This document shows positions 23,942 through 34,620 of a DNA stretch of 41,061 nt, piece by piece. The stretch lies in contig JAQGDQ010001441.1 in the NCBI GenBank assembly GCA_030141605.1, positions 1 to 41,061 on the forward strand, given 5' to 3'. The position numbers were made by a program, and so were the translations under genes. Numbering within the stretch: the stretch's first letter is position 1; the number at the start of each line of letters is the position of its first letter. Source of the stretch: Tubiluchus corallicola (taxonomy: Eukaryota; Animalia; Priapulida). The notes beneath the pieces were generated by a model, which saw nothing but the letters and a program-made list of their open reading frames with translations, had not been told where the DNA came from and searched no databases.

Positions 23942-24035
23942 ATGGTAGCTTTTTCTGTCATTTTAACAGTTCTGTTTGCTTCAATGGTGGCTGCTGGGAA
24001 TAGTGAAAATGAAGTAGCACCTGATGCACCTGCAG
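23942..24035 (+). CDS. Kunitz-type protein exon 1: signal peptide (MVAFSVILTVLFASMVAAGNSENEVAPDAPA)
   Basis: Strong Kozak GCCATGG, hydrophobic N-terminus, CAG|GTAAGA phase-1 donor compatible with exon 2. Confidence 0.85.
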
Positions 24036-25169
24036 GTAAGAAGAATTTCTAAAGTTTTCTTATTGATTGCTAAAAGGATTCCAAACCCAAAAGGTCTAAC
24101 AGTAAGGAAGGGCTTTTTTGGTTTTAAAGGAAAGAACAAGTCACTCAGTATGTTGAGTTTGTTTTCCTATTTGTATTTAAACTTTAAAAAAACATGCCAA
24201 AAATTGCACAAAAACTGTCTGGAAAGCATGAAACTAATTTATAAAATACTACCACTGTACAGAATTTTTCAGACACAGTGGTAGCTAAAATTCGCATGAA
24301 AATTATGACGTAACTGGTGGACCTTGTAACTTCTTGTAAGTGCATACACTGGTTTTTCGTAAGTACGCACTGCTTGAACTAATTCAAACTTTTGCGGGTT
24401 ACTTAATATTCATGCAAAAATATCACAAAATTATATTTTAGAGAAAAGTTGATAGCATGAACAACGTTTCTTTGTGGGATGAACGACGTCATTGGTGGAA
24501 GAATGAAACGAAGCGCTCAAGCGTGAAGTGATAGCGGCTTAAAAATAACTTTACTAATTACACGAGATACTTATTACACTTATATTACTAAATCCTAACT
24601 GTCAACATCAGTCCAACTTTCTGGAATGACCTCTTTAGGCCCTTCCTGTGTCAATTTGGTGAAATGCAACCACGACATTTTTTAGCTATTACCATTAGTT
24701 ATGGAATGCCAACGTGGAATTCAATGCTTATTTTAATACTAATAAATGACTTTTTAATATCAATAAATCATTTTTGAATCAGTCAAAAAATCAAATAAGT
24801 GTATTTTAACTTTAATTATTAAAACAACACATCGTTTTTTAAAAACTTTAATTACATATGCAAAAATTTCAACAGCAATCAGCTGTCATCATCAGTGGTA
24901 TCCTATGCAAACAACAGCCAGTTAATAAAGGTATTGCCTACAGTATAGAAAAGTATGCAGTAATTATGTATTTATAAAAAAGCCAAATAGGTTACTAATG
25001 AACAAACCTGTCGAAAAGAAATAGATACAGTAATGAATAGCTAAGTGTTTGAAAATAAAGTTAATGGGATTGAACTACTTAAGTGAAGTCCCAGTTATTT
25101 GCACCTCTGGTCACAATGCTGAAATTATTAAATTTGAACTGAATTAAAAAATTCTCCTCATTCCAGCAT

Positions 25170-25715
25170 TAACGACAATGTTTTTGCAAAAATAACTTTA
25201 TAACCACACAAACACAATTTCGCGTTCGCGCATCTAGTTCTTCGCTGCTACATGCATTTCGCCACTCGCTAATTAGACGGGCGCTAGCGCTTGCATTTCG
25301 GAAACGCATTGCACATAAAACGGGTGTTGTGCCTTTCAGATGAGAATTGTTAGTCTGTGACGAACTGCACACGTTCGGCAGCTGATCGGTGAACACAGCG
25401 GTAAATTTGAAATTTCAATTTTTATCTTAAAACATTCCTAGTTTTAGTACAACACGCTGAATATCTCGCAGTTGCACTGTACTTCAGTTTTCGCATTCGG
25501 AAACACGGGCAACATTGAAGTGGAATATTTTTTCTGTTGAAAATTATGTTGGTTTGTGATGTCATTTCGCCTGCGCTGCATCCCTTCAGCTAATTAAGCA
25601 TTTAATGTATCACTTAATAATCAGAAACGCTCTTGCAGTATCAATTTTTTTTAAATGTATAATTTTTATCGGACTTGAAAATGGGGTAGTATATAAAAAA
25701 TCATCCTGTTTTCCT
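25170..25715 (+). mobile_element. Kolobok-like element (family B) fragment ending just before Kunitz exon 2
   Basis: Ends TCATCCTGTTTTCCT|TTAA; homologous to ~26165-26336 and ~32905-33240; complementary end TTAA|AGGAAAACAGGA seen at ~33631. Confidence 0.7.
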
Positions 25716-25738
25716 TTAATGCTTTTAATTTACTATAG

Positions 25739-25921
25739 GATGCAGCGACCCACCATTGCCGTCAACATGTCGTTTAAACACCTTCTACGCTGATCGTGAC
25801 TACTACTACTACTTCAACACAGCTACGGGCTACTGTGAAATTTACGAACCAGATTCTCCTGGATGTCCGAAGAGAAGTCTCCATTTTGATTCAGCCTTGG
25901 AGTGCGTTCAGACCTGCAGAG
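25739..25921 (+). CDS. Kunitz-type protein exon 2: non-canonical Kunitz/BPTI domain
   Basis: TAG| acceptor, G|GTAAGC donor, phase 1-1, 183 nt; CSDPPLPSTCR...YYFNTATGYCEIY...GC...FDSALECVQTC has six Cys spaced 8-21-9-12-3. Confidence 0.88.
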
Positions 25922-25957
25922 GTAAGCACCCCAGGTTACGTGGTTTGTTTGGTGCAT

Positions 25958-26072
25958 GGTAGGTTTGTTACAGGTAAGTTTCGTACTGGTAATTTTGGTA
26001 CAGGTGAGTTTGGTGCAGGCAAGTTTGGTACAGGTAAGCTTTGGACATGTAATTTTAGTACAGGTAAGTTTG
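25958..26072 (+). repeat. 15-bp degenerate tandem repeat (GGTAAGTTTGGTACA), ~8 units
   Basis: Visible periodic CAGGTAAGTTT, CAGGTGAGTTT and CAGGCAAGTTT units. Confidence 0.85.
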
Positions 26073-26164
26073 CTTAGTTTTAATACAACACACTGAATAA
26101 AGTACAGTAGCACTGTACTTAAATTTTCCCCTTTCTAAACACGTGCAACACGCTCGTGAAATGT

Positions 26165-26336
26165 TTTTGCTGTTGAAAATTATGTTAGTTTGTGAAGTCA
26201 TCACCCGCCGTTAATTACGTTTTTAATCTATTCTTTAATTATCAGAAACGCTTTTGCAATATTAATCGTGTTAAAATGTATACTTTTTATCGCAGTTGAA
26301 AATGCTGTTGTATATGAAAAATTATCCTGTCTTCCT
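26165..26336 (+). mobile_element. Kolobok-like family B right-end fragment
   Basis: Homologous to ~25530-25715; ends ATCCTGTCTTCCT|TTAA. Confidence 0.65.
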
Positions 26337-26588
26337 TTAAGCACTTGACCCAATAACTGTTTACATTGCACGGTAACCAGATGACGCCATTTTTCACCAA
26401 AATGAGCGCGCTTAAGCGTGAAGTGATTGCGATTTGAAACTGAAATTAGCAATTACACTAGGCGCTAACTACAATTTCACTGCTGAAACTTTCTGTCTTT
26501 CTCAGATATTAGAATAAGTTCAATTTCTCGAGAGACTTGGCCTTTGCTTTAATGTGACGTTTTACCATTTGTTTCATTTTGCGTTTAG

Positions 26589-26759
26589 GAAAGGGAGTAT
26601 GCAAAGACCCACTGCCAAGATTCATGTGTTTGATCTCTTCCCTGGAAGCCTGGCATTACAATCCGAAAACTAAGGTTTGCGAGACGTTCCAGTTTGCAGC
26701 CTGTCCTGGAATTTACAATCAGTTCCCCACAAAGGAAGCATGTGACAAATTCTGTGGAG
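26589..26759 (+). CDS. Kunitz-type protein exon 3: Kunitz/BPTI domain
   Basis: TTTTGCGTTTAG| acceptor, GAG|GTATGA donor, phase 1-1; CKDPLPRFMCL...WHYNPKTKVCETFQFAACPGIYNQFPTKEACDKFC, Cys spacing 8-16-7-12-3. Confidence 0.92.
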
Positions 26760-27439
26760 GTATGAGCGAAATTTACATTTTCAAAACTTATTAGCAGAAA
26801 CTATTAATAATGTCGAGTTTACACAGGTACATTTTGACTCTGAAATGAAGACATAAAACTTAAAGAAACTAACAACAAGTACTTTTTCCGGGCACATACA
26901 CGGGTTCTTACTACTTCCAAACCCTTCAAATAGGAAAATGGAAATTTTGACTCTTGGTATGCATGCATCTAGCGTAGATGTCAACATTAAAAGCCGTATT
27001 TAATTTCACGAAGAAATTGTAAATAAACAGAGCTTTGAAATACTCGGGTGTAACATAAGTACACTCCGTAGTCGAGAAGACTCTCCGTTACCGTGTCGGT
27101 AGTTCCCCCATTGAACTTGCCCACCGGATGTGATAGTGATTCAGCGTGCACCCGCAGGAGCAGCAGCAGCAGCAGCAGCAACAACAACAGCCACCACCTC
27201 TACCGACTGATGGTGGTAGAGCTGGCAATTTTGATTTTGATAATCATCAAAAATGTAAATAATTTAGTGAATAAATAAAAATGGAAATAAAAATAAAACA
27301 GTGGGATGTAGAATTAACTCTCACCGTTCAATTAAAAAAAGTTCAAGCTCACAATTGATAGAAAGCCGACACTTTTTAAAGTGGTAAGCTATTTGATGGC
27401 ACAAGACAAACATCTTAATTTAAAATGTTGGTTTTACAG

Positions 27440-27525
27440 GTTCAGGTCCACGAGAGAAGCGCAGCAGAGATAAACGCACTCTACCTACGAAAAGGGCAGG
27501 CGAATATATTCATATTGTATATTAA
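27440..27525 (+). CDS. Kunitz-type protein predicted last exon (GSGPREKRSRDKRTLPTKRAGEYIHIVY*)
   Basis: GTTTTACAG| acceptor, phase 1 compatible, TAA at 27523-27525, AATAAA cluster near 27657. The four-exon model totals 177 aa. Confidence 0.6.
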
Positions 27526-28210
27526 ATATTATATTTTCATATAAACCACTGATCTTCATTTCTGCAATATGTAAAAAAATAGAAAGGCAAAGGTGACTGA
27601 CATTGGATAATTTAGTTAGATTGTTACATAGTTTAGTCCATTCATAAATATCAGTGAATAAATAAAAATAAAAATTAACAGAAGTAAACTTACATCGTTG
27701 CGGCAAATATCTAATGAAAAATTTCACTAGCTTGCACAAGACACATGTTCACTCACACAACAGAACAGCATAAATGAAAAACGTAACCAGGTCAATGCCC
27801 ACGCTTTGAACTTTCTGGCTAGATGGAGCCACCTTGGCTACAAAATTAAAATTTATTAAGTCAGGTTCACACTGGCCTTAATACCTACATATGTTTAAAA
27901 GGTGTTAAAATTCACTTTGCCGTGGTTCAAAATGGAGTAGAGTACAAAAGATTATATTGTTTACCCTTAAACAGCTAAGAAACAAAATAGAAAATAATTT
28001 GATCGAATTTAGAATTTATTATTGGCATATTGATTATATTTCAATGATATAAGATTTTATTGACGATTTACAATCAATGCAATTACAATTACAAGCTACA
28101 AAACATTACATAAACATTGTAATACATTACAATAAAGAACAGAACTACACTGACAAAACCCCACACATGGGGTATAATCGTGAACACAATATACAATAAA
28201 ACACAGTAAA

Positions 28211-28394
<184 letters not shown>

Positions 28395-28666
28395 TTACAA
28401 TGATATGCAAACAGCAAAACAGCAACAAAGTGCGAAAGTACACAACAAAGCTATTACATTTTAACTATAGTAGCCAAAAACAAATAACAAATATATATAA
28501 TTTTAGTATAGATACAGTTAGTACTATTTACTCCTTTTTAAACGTTTAAAACGCGATGGGCAGCCGTTTTGGTTACATTACAGTCGTTACCCCCAACCCC
28601 ATTGTGAATTTTAGCTTTTCGTTATAGTTCAAGTTAATGACGTTCTGTACCGGCTCGTAGCTAGAA

Positions 28667-29198
28667 TTAGTGAGGTGCTGCTTCAAAAAAAATTAGCCAT
28701 TGTTTTAAAACTGTGTAGAACGTAACAAACTTGTGTAATTTTAATGTTGTAGCTAATTTGAAGATCACGTGTTGAACAATCTCTTTTCTTAATTGCAACT
28801 TTCGCGTGGAGAGACAACTGTGAAATATTAAGCTGTTATAGTTCACTTACACTCACAGAACTTATTTCTTGGGGATGCAAGGCATCCATTATTAAATAAT
28901 TTATGTTTTAAGCGCACACACTAAGTTTGTGACGGTGCGCGGTAATCTCATGGCAATTGTTACTGTGATAGACAGAATACTTTTCTATCTAGCAGCAGAT
29001 GATAACGTACAGCATGCTATCTCCGACACCACGTTGCTTGAGCTGTGAAACAAACAGTACTTTCCTCACCTGCTCCGGTTCCGCTCAAGTATAAAAAAGA
29101 ACTATAGAAAAAAGACTTATTATATTGGATATTATCGATAATAATGAGAGAAAATAGGGGGTGCTGTAGTTCCACAGAACCCACACACGACCCACTAC
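28667..29198 (+). mobile_element. Interspersed repeat family C, copy 1 (probable non-autonomous DNA element)
   Basis: Colinear homology with 39811-40329 (TTAGTGAGGTGCTGCTTCA..., CTAGCAGCAGAT, GCTGTGAA.CAAACAGTACT, GGGTGCTG). Confidence 0.7.
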
Positions 29199-30057
29199 TG
29201 AAAAAATTACTATTGATGCTTGTTATATCAGAAAGAGAGTTTGTTTTACCTGTAGAAGGAGCAATGAAACAAAAAATATACATTGAATGAGTATACTAGC
29301 AGCAGTTGCCTGTAGTATTTTATGTACGAGTATCTTACTGGCTTTTGTCGATGCGTTAGTCGTATCCCAATGATGATACGAAAGAGTATTACAAACCGCA
29401 CAAACGTAAGAGGAATAAAGCGAAATCAAGAACAAGGAGGAAGGATGATTTAAATAAATTTTATTTTTTAAACAAAATTATCACATTAAAAAATAGATTT
29501 TTTAAACTCATTTTTGTAGCTGACGTGATCTGACTCACAAGCCGAGTGAGTCACTTATGATCAAATCGTATAATCTCTGTTATCTCATCTATGATGAGTA
29601 ATCTAGTCCCAAACTCTTATCAATTAATTACTCTGATTAATTTTCTAATTAATTTCTTATTCCAAAATTAATTCACAACATAAATTAATTGTGAATTTTT
29701 ACCTATGGCTTTTTTGATATTGTATGTCAAGCGACCTGCTAAAAAGATTTGGTCATTATCTTCTAGTTGAGTTGTTCGATTTTCTAATAGTTTACCAGAA
29801 ATTGTAATTGGTGCGCCATTGGTAAAAGCTCGAAATGCAAACCTTTTAAACGGCGATTAAATTATTTCGATTTAAAACCTTTCTTAGTATTTAACAGATA
29901 AATGTAAGAACGTTTGCTCTTAGGGTCTCACCCACACAGACCGTCATTGTTACACTGCTTTTATGCTTGTACACATTTTAATATGTATTGCATGCTTTTT
30001 TATAATGTACATGTGTGTATGTATATGTGTAGATTTCAATGAATATGTGTACTTTAC

Positions 30058-30570
30058 CAGAAACAAAAATTCTGGTTCTTAAACACACTCACACATAAAG
30101 AAACAGAAAATGTAAAATAATTCACGTGTTTAAGCATACTACCACATTAAGAAACAGAAAATGTAAAATAATTCAGGTTTTTAAGCATACTAAAACAGAA
30201 AGAAATCGAAAATGTAAAATAATTCAGGTTTTTAAGCATACTAAAACAGAAAGAAATCGAAAATGTAAAATAATTCAGGTTTTTAAGCATACTAAAACAG
30301 AAAGAAATCGAAAATGTAAAATAGTTCAGGTTTTTAAGCATACTAAAACAGAAAGAAATCGAAAATGTAAAATAATTCAGGTTTTTAAGCATACTAAAAC
30401 ACAAAGAAACACAAAATGTAAAACAATTCTGTTTTCTAGACATACTGACACTTAAAGTAACAGAAAGTGTAAAGCAATTCTGGTTCTAAAACAAACTAGC
30501 ACATAAAGAACTTGGAAATGTAAAATAATTCTGGTTTTTAAACACATTAACACATAAAGTAAAAATGTAA
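30058..30570. repeat. Minisatellite, ~10 x 51 bp, homogeneous core with degenerate edges
   Basis: TTAAGCATACTAAAACAGAAAGAAATCGAAAATGTAAAATAATTCAGGTTT recurs at 30181, 30232 and so on; lies ~40 nt past the stop of the - strand gene. Confidence 0.93.
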
Positions 30571-30609
30571 TTTAAATAGTTCTCAGACGACCATTCACTT
30601 CATAGTCTG

Positions 30610-31308
30610 TTAATCTTCGCAAACATAAACATTAAAGCACATTCTGGTTGCATTGCTATGTCCGCAGTACATCAGTCCTGTGTTGCACGGAGTTACACGC
30701 AGTATGTTGAATTCAATCGGTGGCTGGAAAATCGCAACAGTATCCTCGTTTGTATATGCCCAGGAAACGTAATCGCTCACCATATTCCTGGATTCTTCCC
30801 GGAAAGTGAAATGCTCCGGCTGGGTGACATCCCTCAACGTGTACACCTGAGCGCCATCTATTGGTTTCCGGAAATTTCCGTCTGTGCTACATCCGGCCGG
30901 GAAGACGATTCTGGACAGAAATCTTTGCTTGGTGAAAGTGAAGGCAAAAGCGTAGTGGAAGTAGCTCATGTGCTCCTTATATTTCGTGTAAAATGGCTCT
31001 AGATTGAATCCGGATTGTGGAGAACCCCACCAGTCCTCGCCTATATCCTCCGCTGATGATTGCACGTTTGTCGTCCCGTTGGGTAAACTGTACTGGTGGT
31101 AATAAAGGAGTTGGATGTTCATACAGTCTTTGCGACACTCTATTTCTTTCCTACATTGGTCTGCGTCGTACTTTGTTTCTTCGTCATCGTCGCTTATCAG
31201 TCCCCTTGCCTTCTTCTTTCCCTCGTATATGTAATTTCTGGAGCTGACTTTGACTGCCATCAGCATCGCCATCAAAACGCAGCAGAGGTATTTGAAAGTC
31301 GCTTCCAT
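30610..31308 (-). CDS. Secreted Cys-rich protein with a divergent discoidin/F5-8C (galactose-binding-like) domain; single coding exon
   Basis: Within the 280-codon ORF 30610-31452. The Met at 31308 begins a signal-like stretch (MEATFKYLCCVLMAMLMAVKVSS); an alternative Met is at 31404. FQPPIEFNILRVTP...RMCFNVYVC resembles the F5/8C C-terminus (PPI.ARYIRI.P...LR.ELYGC). The CDS is likely; the domain call is by eye only. Confidence 0.7.
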   Translation of the reverse strand: MEATFKYLCCVLMAMLMAVKVSSRNYIYEGKKKARGLISDDDEETKYDADQCRKEIECRKDCMNIQLLYYHQYSLPNGTTNVQSSAEDIGEDWWGSPQSGFNLEPFYTKYKEHMSYFHYAFAFTFTKQRFLSRIVFPAGCSTDGNFRKPIDGAQVYTLRDVTQPEHFTFREESRNMVSDYVSWAYTNEDTVAIFQPPIEFNILRVTPCNTGLMYCGHSNATRMCFNVYVCED

Positions 31309-31571
31309 TTTATGCAGAAAGTAACAAAGAACTTCCGTTTGCTTTAGAAGTTCAAGTGGCGCGTTCTGAGAACGCTGAACGAATTCATTGTTCTTTGAGG
31401 CCATTGTTTCTTTGGGAATAGGAATTTCTAAAGCAGACACTCGAAAAAACATAACAACGCGAATTCAGGTAATAGAGTTATAAGTAAAAAGGTCGGACGT
31501 TATAAGATCGCAGGAGAAAAAGGTCCCAGGTAAAAAAAATTACAGGCAAAAAGTCACACGAAAAAAGGAAA

Positions 31572-31688
31572 TAACCCAACCCCAATTTTAACACTGCCTT
31601 AGCCGTACCCCTTGCCTAACCGTACCGTAACCTTAGCCCTAACCCTAGCTCTAATCCTACCATAACCCTACCTCAACCCTATCCTAGC
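31572..31688 (+). repeat. Degenerate interstitial telomere-like (CCCTAA)n tract
   Basis: CCTAACC, CCTTAGCCCTAACCCTAG, CTAATCCTACC, TAACCCTACC hexamer-like units. Confidence 0.65.
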
Positions 31689-32279
31689 TCAGATTTTGTA
31701 AGCCAAGTGAATTACTACTGTAATCGCCTCATTAACTACGTAATTATCTAAATGCATATGGAGTATAAGAGTGTAGGTAGGAAGTAGTAGGAAAATTTTC
31801 TCTGGCGCGTGAATTGGCTGGAACAGGTTTTCCCCGAAGTTTTAAATTTTTCGATCATGTTTAAAAGTACTTACAAATCTTACTATAGTACGAAATTGTG
31901 CACATACAAATAGAGAATTAGTACTAACATTTATGATTGTAACTCAGTATGATGTCTAACACGTTTATTATTGTATTTCAACATGTCGTCTAACATTGTA
32001 CAATTGTTGTAAATAAGTAATTATATCATGATGTTTTAATCATTCGTTCTTTGCTTCTATTTATTTCTGGCTTAAAACTACAGTGAAGATCGACAAAATA
32101 CAAATAATATCTCTTCATGAACTTCCTTTAGATACAAAAAACTCAGTCTAATATCTCAAAACTCTATTTAATATCTTAAAAACTCCCATACTTTGATAGC
32201 AAACAAAAAGCACTGTGCCGTTTTCAAGTTCGCGACAATATATAAAGTTAAAACAGGATTCATTTTACTGTAAACTACG

Positions 32280-32452
32280 ACGTTTCCATTTGCGCGTAAT
32301 GTGTTGCGTGTTCCGTAATGCGTGATGCGTACTCAGACGAAAGCCATCACGCTCGAGTGAATACGTCTCGCGCATTACGTACGCATGGAAACATATACAC
32401 GTGTTTAAATATAAACTGTTGTATACGCATTACGCATCACGCATTATGCGCA
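32280..32452 (-). mobile_element. Family D repeat fragment, inverted relative to ~34290-34460
   Basis: CCGTAATGCGTGATGCGTA...GCCATCACG.TCGAGTGAAT...TTTAAATATAAACTGTT.TATACGCATTACGCAT matches the reverse complement of the ~34300-34455 segment. Confidence 0.75.
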
Positions 32453-32904
32453 AATTGAGTCCTTTTGTGCTAATTATGAGTGTTGTAATTAATAAAGCAA
32501 ACAAATTTCTCTTAGAATTCTCTTTGTCGTTTGAGTCTTCCGTTTGTTTTGCAGCTGTAAATGTGAAGCCAAACAGAGACATTCATGATTGAAGATGTTT
32601 AAAACACGTGAACAAGTATAATCTCAGTTAGAAGTGGTCTCATGTGGTTGACAGAGTAATTTTATAATCTGAAAAGGACAGTACGTTTGTAGCTGAAGGC
32701 CGGCGTTCGAATCGTGGTTGTGTGTAAACCTTTTTCAGAGTTTTTGATTTAGTATTGTTTCCCCCCTTCTTGGGCGTGTATATGATTGAGGTAGACGAAA
32801 TTAATGCAAAAACCAGATAGGTTTAAGCAAACTGTCTTGCATTAAAGCAAAACCTGACCCTGTCTTAAACTGTAAGTCAAAATAACTTACTCTTTAAAAA
32901 ATTA

Positions 32905-33240
32905 AAAGGAAATACAATTTTTTTTTTAAAACGACTTACGTGAAAGAATTATTACCGCACAAACACAATTTCACAATCGCGCCACTACTTCTTCGCTGTT
33001 TCATGCTTTTCATCATTCGTTAGTCAGAAGGGCACTAGCGCCTGCTTTCGGATAAGTATGGCACAAAAAACAGGTGCTGTACCTCACAGTTCAGATGTGT
33101 TAGTTTGTGAGGAACTACACACGTTCAACATCTATTATTTAATCATCAAAAACGTTTTTGCAGTATTTATTGTGTTAAAATCTATACTTTTTAACGTACT
33201 TGAAAATGGGGTAGTATATGAAAGATCATCCTGTCCTAAT
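32905..33240 (+). mobile_element. Kolobok-like family B copy, internally deleted
   Basis: CACAAACACAATTTC ... CTTGAAAATGGGGTAGTATAT.AAA.ATCATCCTGT shared with 25200-25715. Confidence 0.65.
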
Positions 33241-33466
33241 TTAAAACAAAAATTTAATTTTAATTTCAATTCTAATTTTAAAAACAAAACAAAAAGCGAT
33301 TAACTGTAAATGTTTTTATTGGAAACACCGACTTGAAGAAAAATAATATTTTCTTGAAAAATTAAAATTAAGACTAAGAAATTATCAAATTTTAGCATCG
33401 TAATTTCATTATGACAAGGATGTAGTTTAAAGTTTATCATAGAGTTTGCTAATTTTCAGACAAAGT

Positions 33467-33578
33467 TTATGCCTTTATAGCATTCTGTTTTTGAACTTCT
33501 TTATGTGGCTTTGTGGCATTTGCTTTATCCTGTTTTCCTTCCTTGTGGCTCTTGTCTTTAACACCAGTGTTCATTTGC
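33467..33578 (-). CDS. Predicted last exon of the basic protamine-like protein (QMNTGVKDKSHKEGKQDKANATKPHKEVQKQNAIKA*)
   Basis: Strong acceptor TTCGTTTTTCTTTTTGTAG| on - strand; phase 2 matches the donor after 36222; TAA at 33467-33469; AATAAA on - strand at 33315-33320. Confidence 0.7.
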
Positions 33579-34175
33579 CTACAAAAAGAAAAACGAAGTG
33601 AGATAATTGAGAAAACAAATCTATGAATGATTAAAGGAAAACAGGACGATTGTGTAAGCAGGAGTTCTGCATAAAGAATGCTCTAAAATATTGAAAACTA
33701 CAATAGCTTATTTTAAATCAAAGCTTAGATTAAATAATAATTACCTCGGATACTCAAATTTCGTTAAACTTTCAAAGCTACGCGCGACTCAATGAATCTA
33801 CTAAGATTGGCAGCGGTGCCTTTTTGTCACATTTTTGGCCGGCAAATAGAAGGCGGTACCGTGATAACCATGATCATGAACTGCAGTGTTAGTTTCTGAC
33901 GTCATATGACGTAAAGCCCATTTTTTGTGACATCATGCATTTAAGCAGTACTGTAACACCTATGCAAATGTGCGTGGTTAATTTCTGACGTAAGCAATAG
34001 CCGTGTTCAGTTGCCGTTAATTAACTTTCTAAGCTAATTATTCAAATATAAGGAAGAATTGTTAACTTTTATATGTATATTTAGGCAAGAATATGTATAT
34101 TTTGGACAGTAAATTAAAGTCAGATTGAGTCTAAACAATCGTCCGGTCTTTCTTTAAGTAAAATAATTAAATAAT

Positions 34176-34530
34176 AAAGGCCCCGCAAAAATTTGCGTAT
34201 AAATGCACTTATAAATGCATTGTGACGCAATAATGCGCGAATATCTTACGTAGCGTCTGTTTATTAATTACCTAAAGATGCGACTTCTTGCGCGCATAAT
34301 GCGCAATACGTGAACAATAATGCGTAATGCGTATAAAACAGTTTATATTTAAATGCGTGGAAGTGTTTCCGTGTGTACATAATGCGTGATACGCATTCAC
34401 TCGAACGTGATGGCTAGTATCTGAATACGCATCACGCACTACGCATTACGGATCACGAAGTTCGCGCACATGGAGTCGTAGCGTAGCGCGGAGTCAGCAG
34501 CAACTTTTACTGAAATAAAGTTATAGGCAG
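34176..34530 (+). mobile_element. Family D interspersed repeat (CG-rich, ACGCAT/ATGCGT motif clusters)
   Basis: Shares its ends with 2678-2862 and its interior with 32280-32452. Confidence 0.7.
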
Positions 34531-34620
34531 CGTACAAGTGAATGACTTCAGAACAATGCAAACGATATTGTAGCTTCTAAGCAAGAATTGCTCAAAATGG
34601 AACCTCTAATTCATTATGTA

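Noticed and set aside
30126-30455. Basic 17-aa repeat protein (FKHTKTERNRKCKIIQV)
   Set aside because: Translation of the 51-bp minisatellite; non-ATG start and no gene context.
31572-31688. True telomere or chromosome-fusion scar
   Set aside because: Short, highly degenerate and single-orientation; more likely part of an interspersed repeat.
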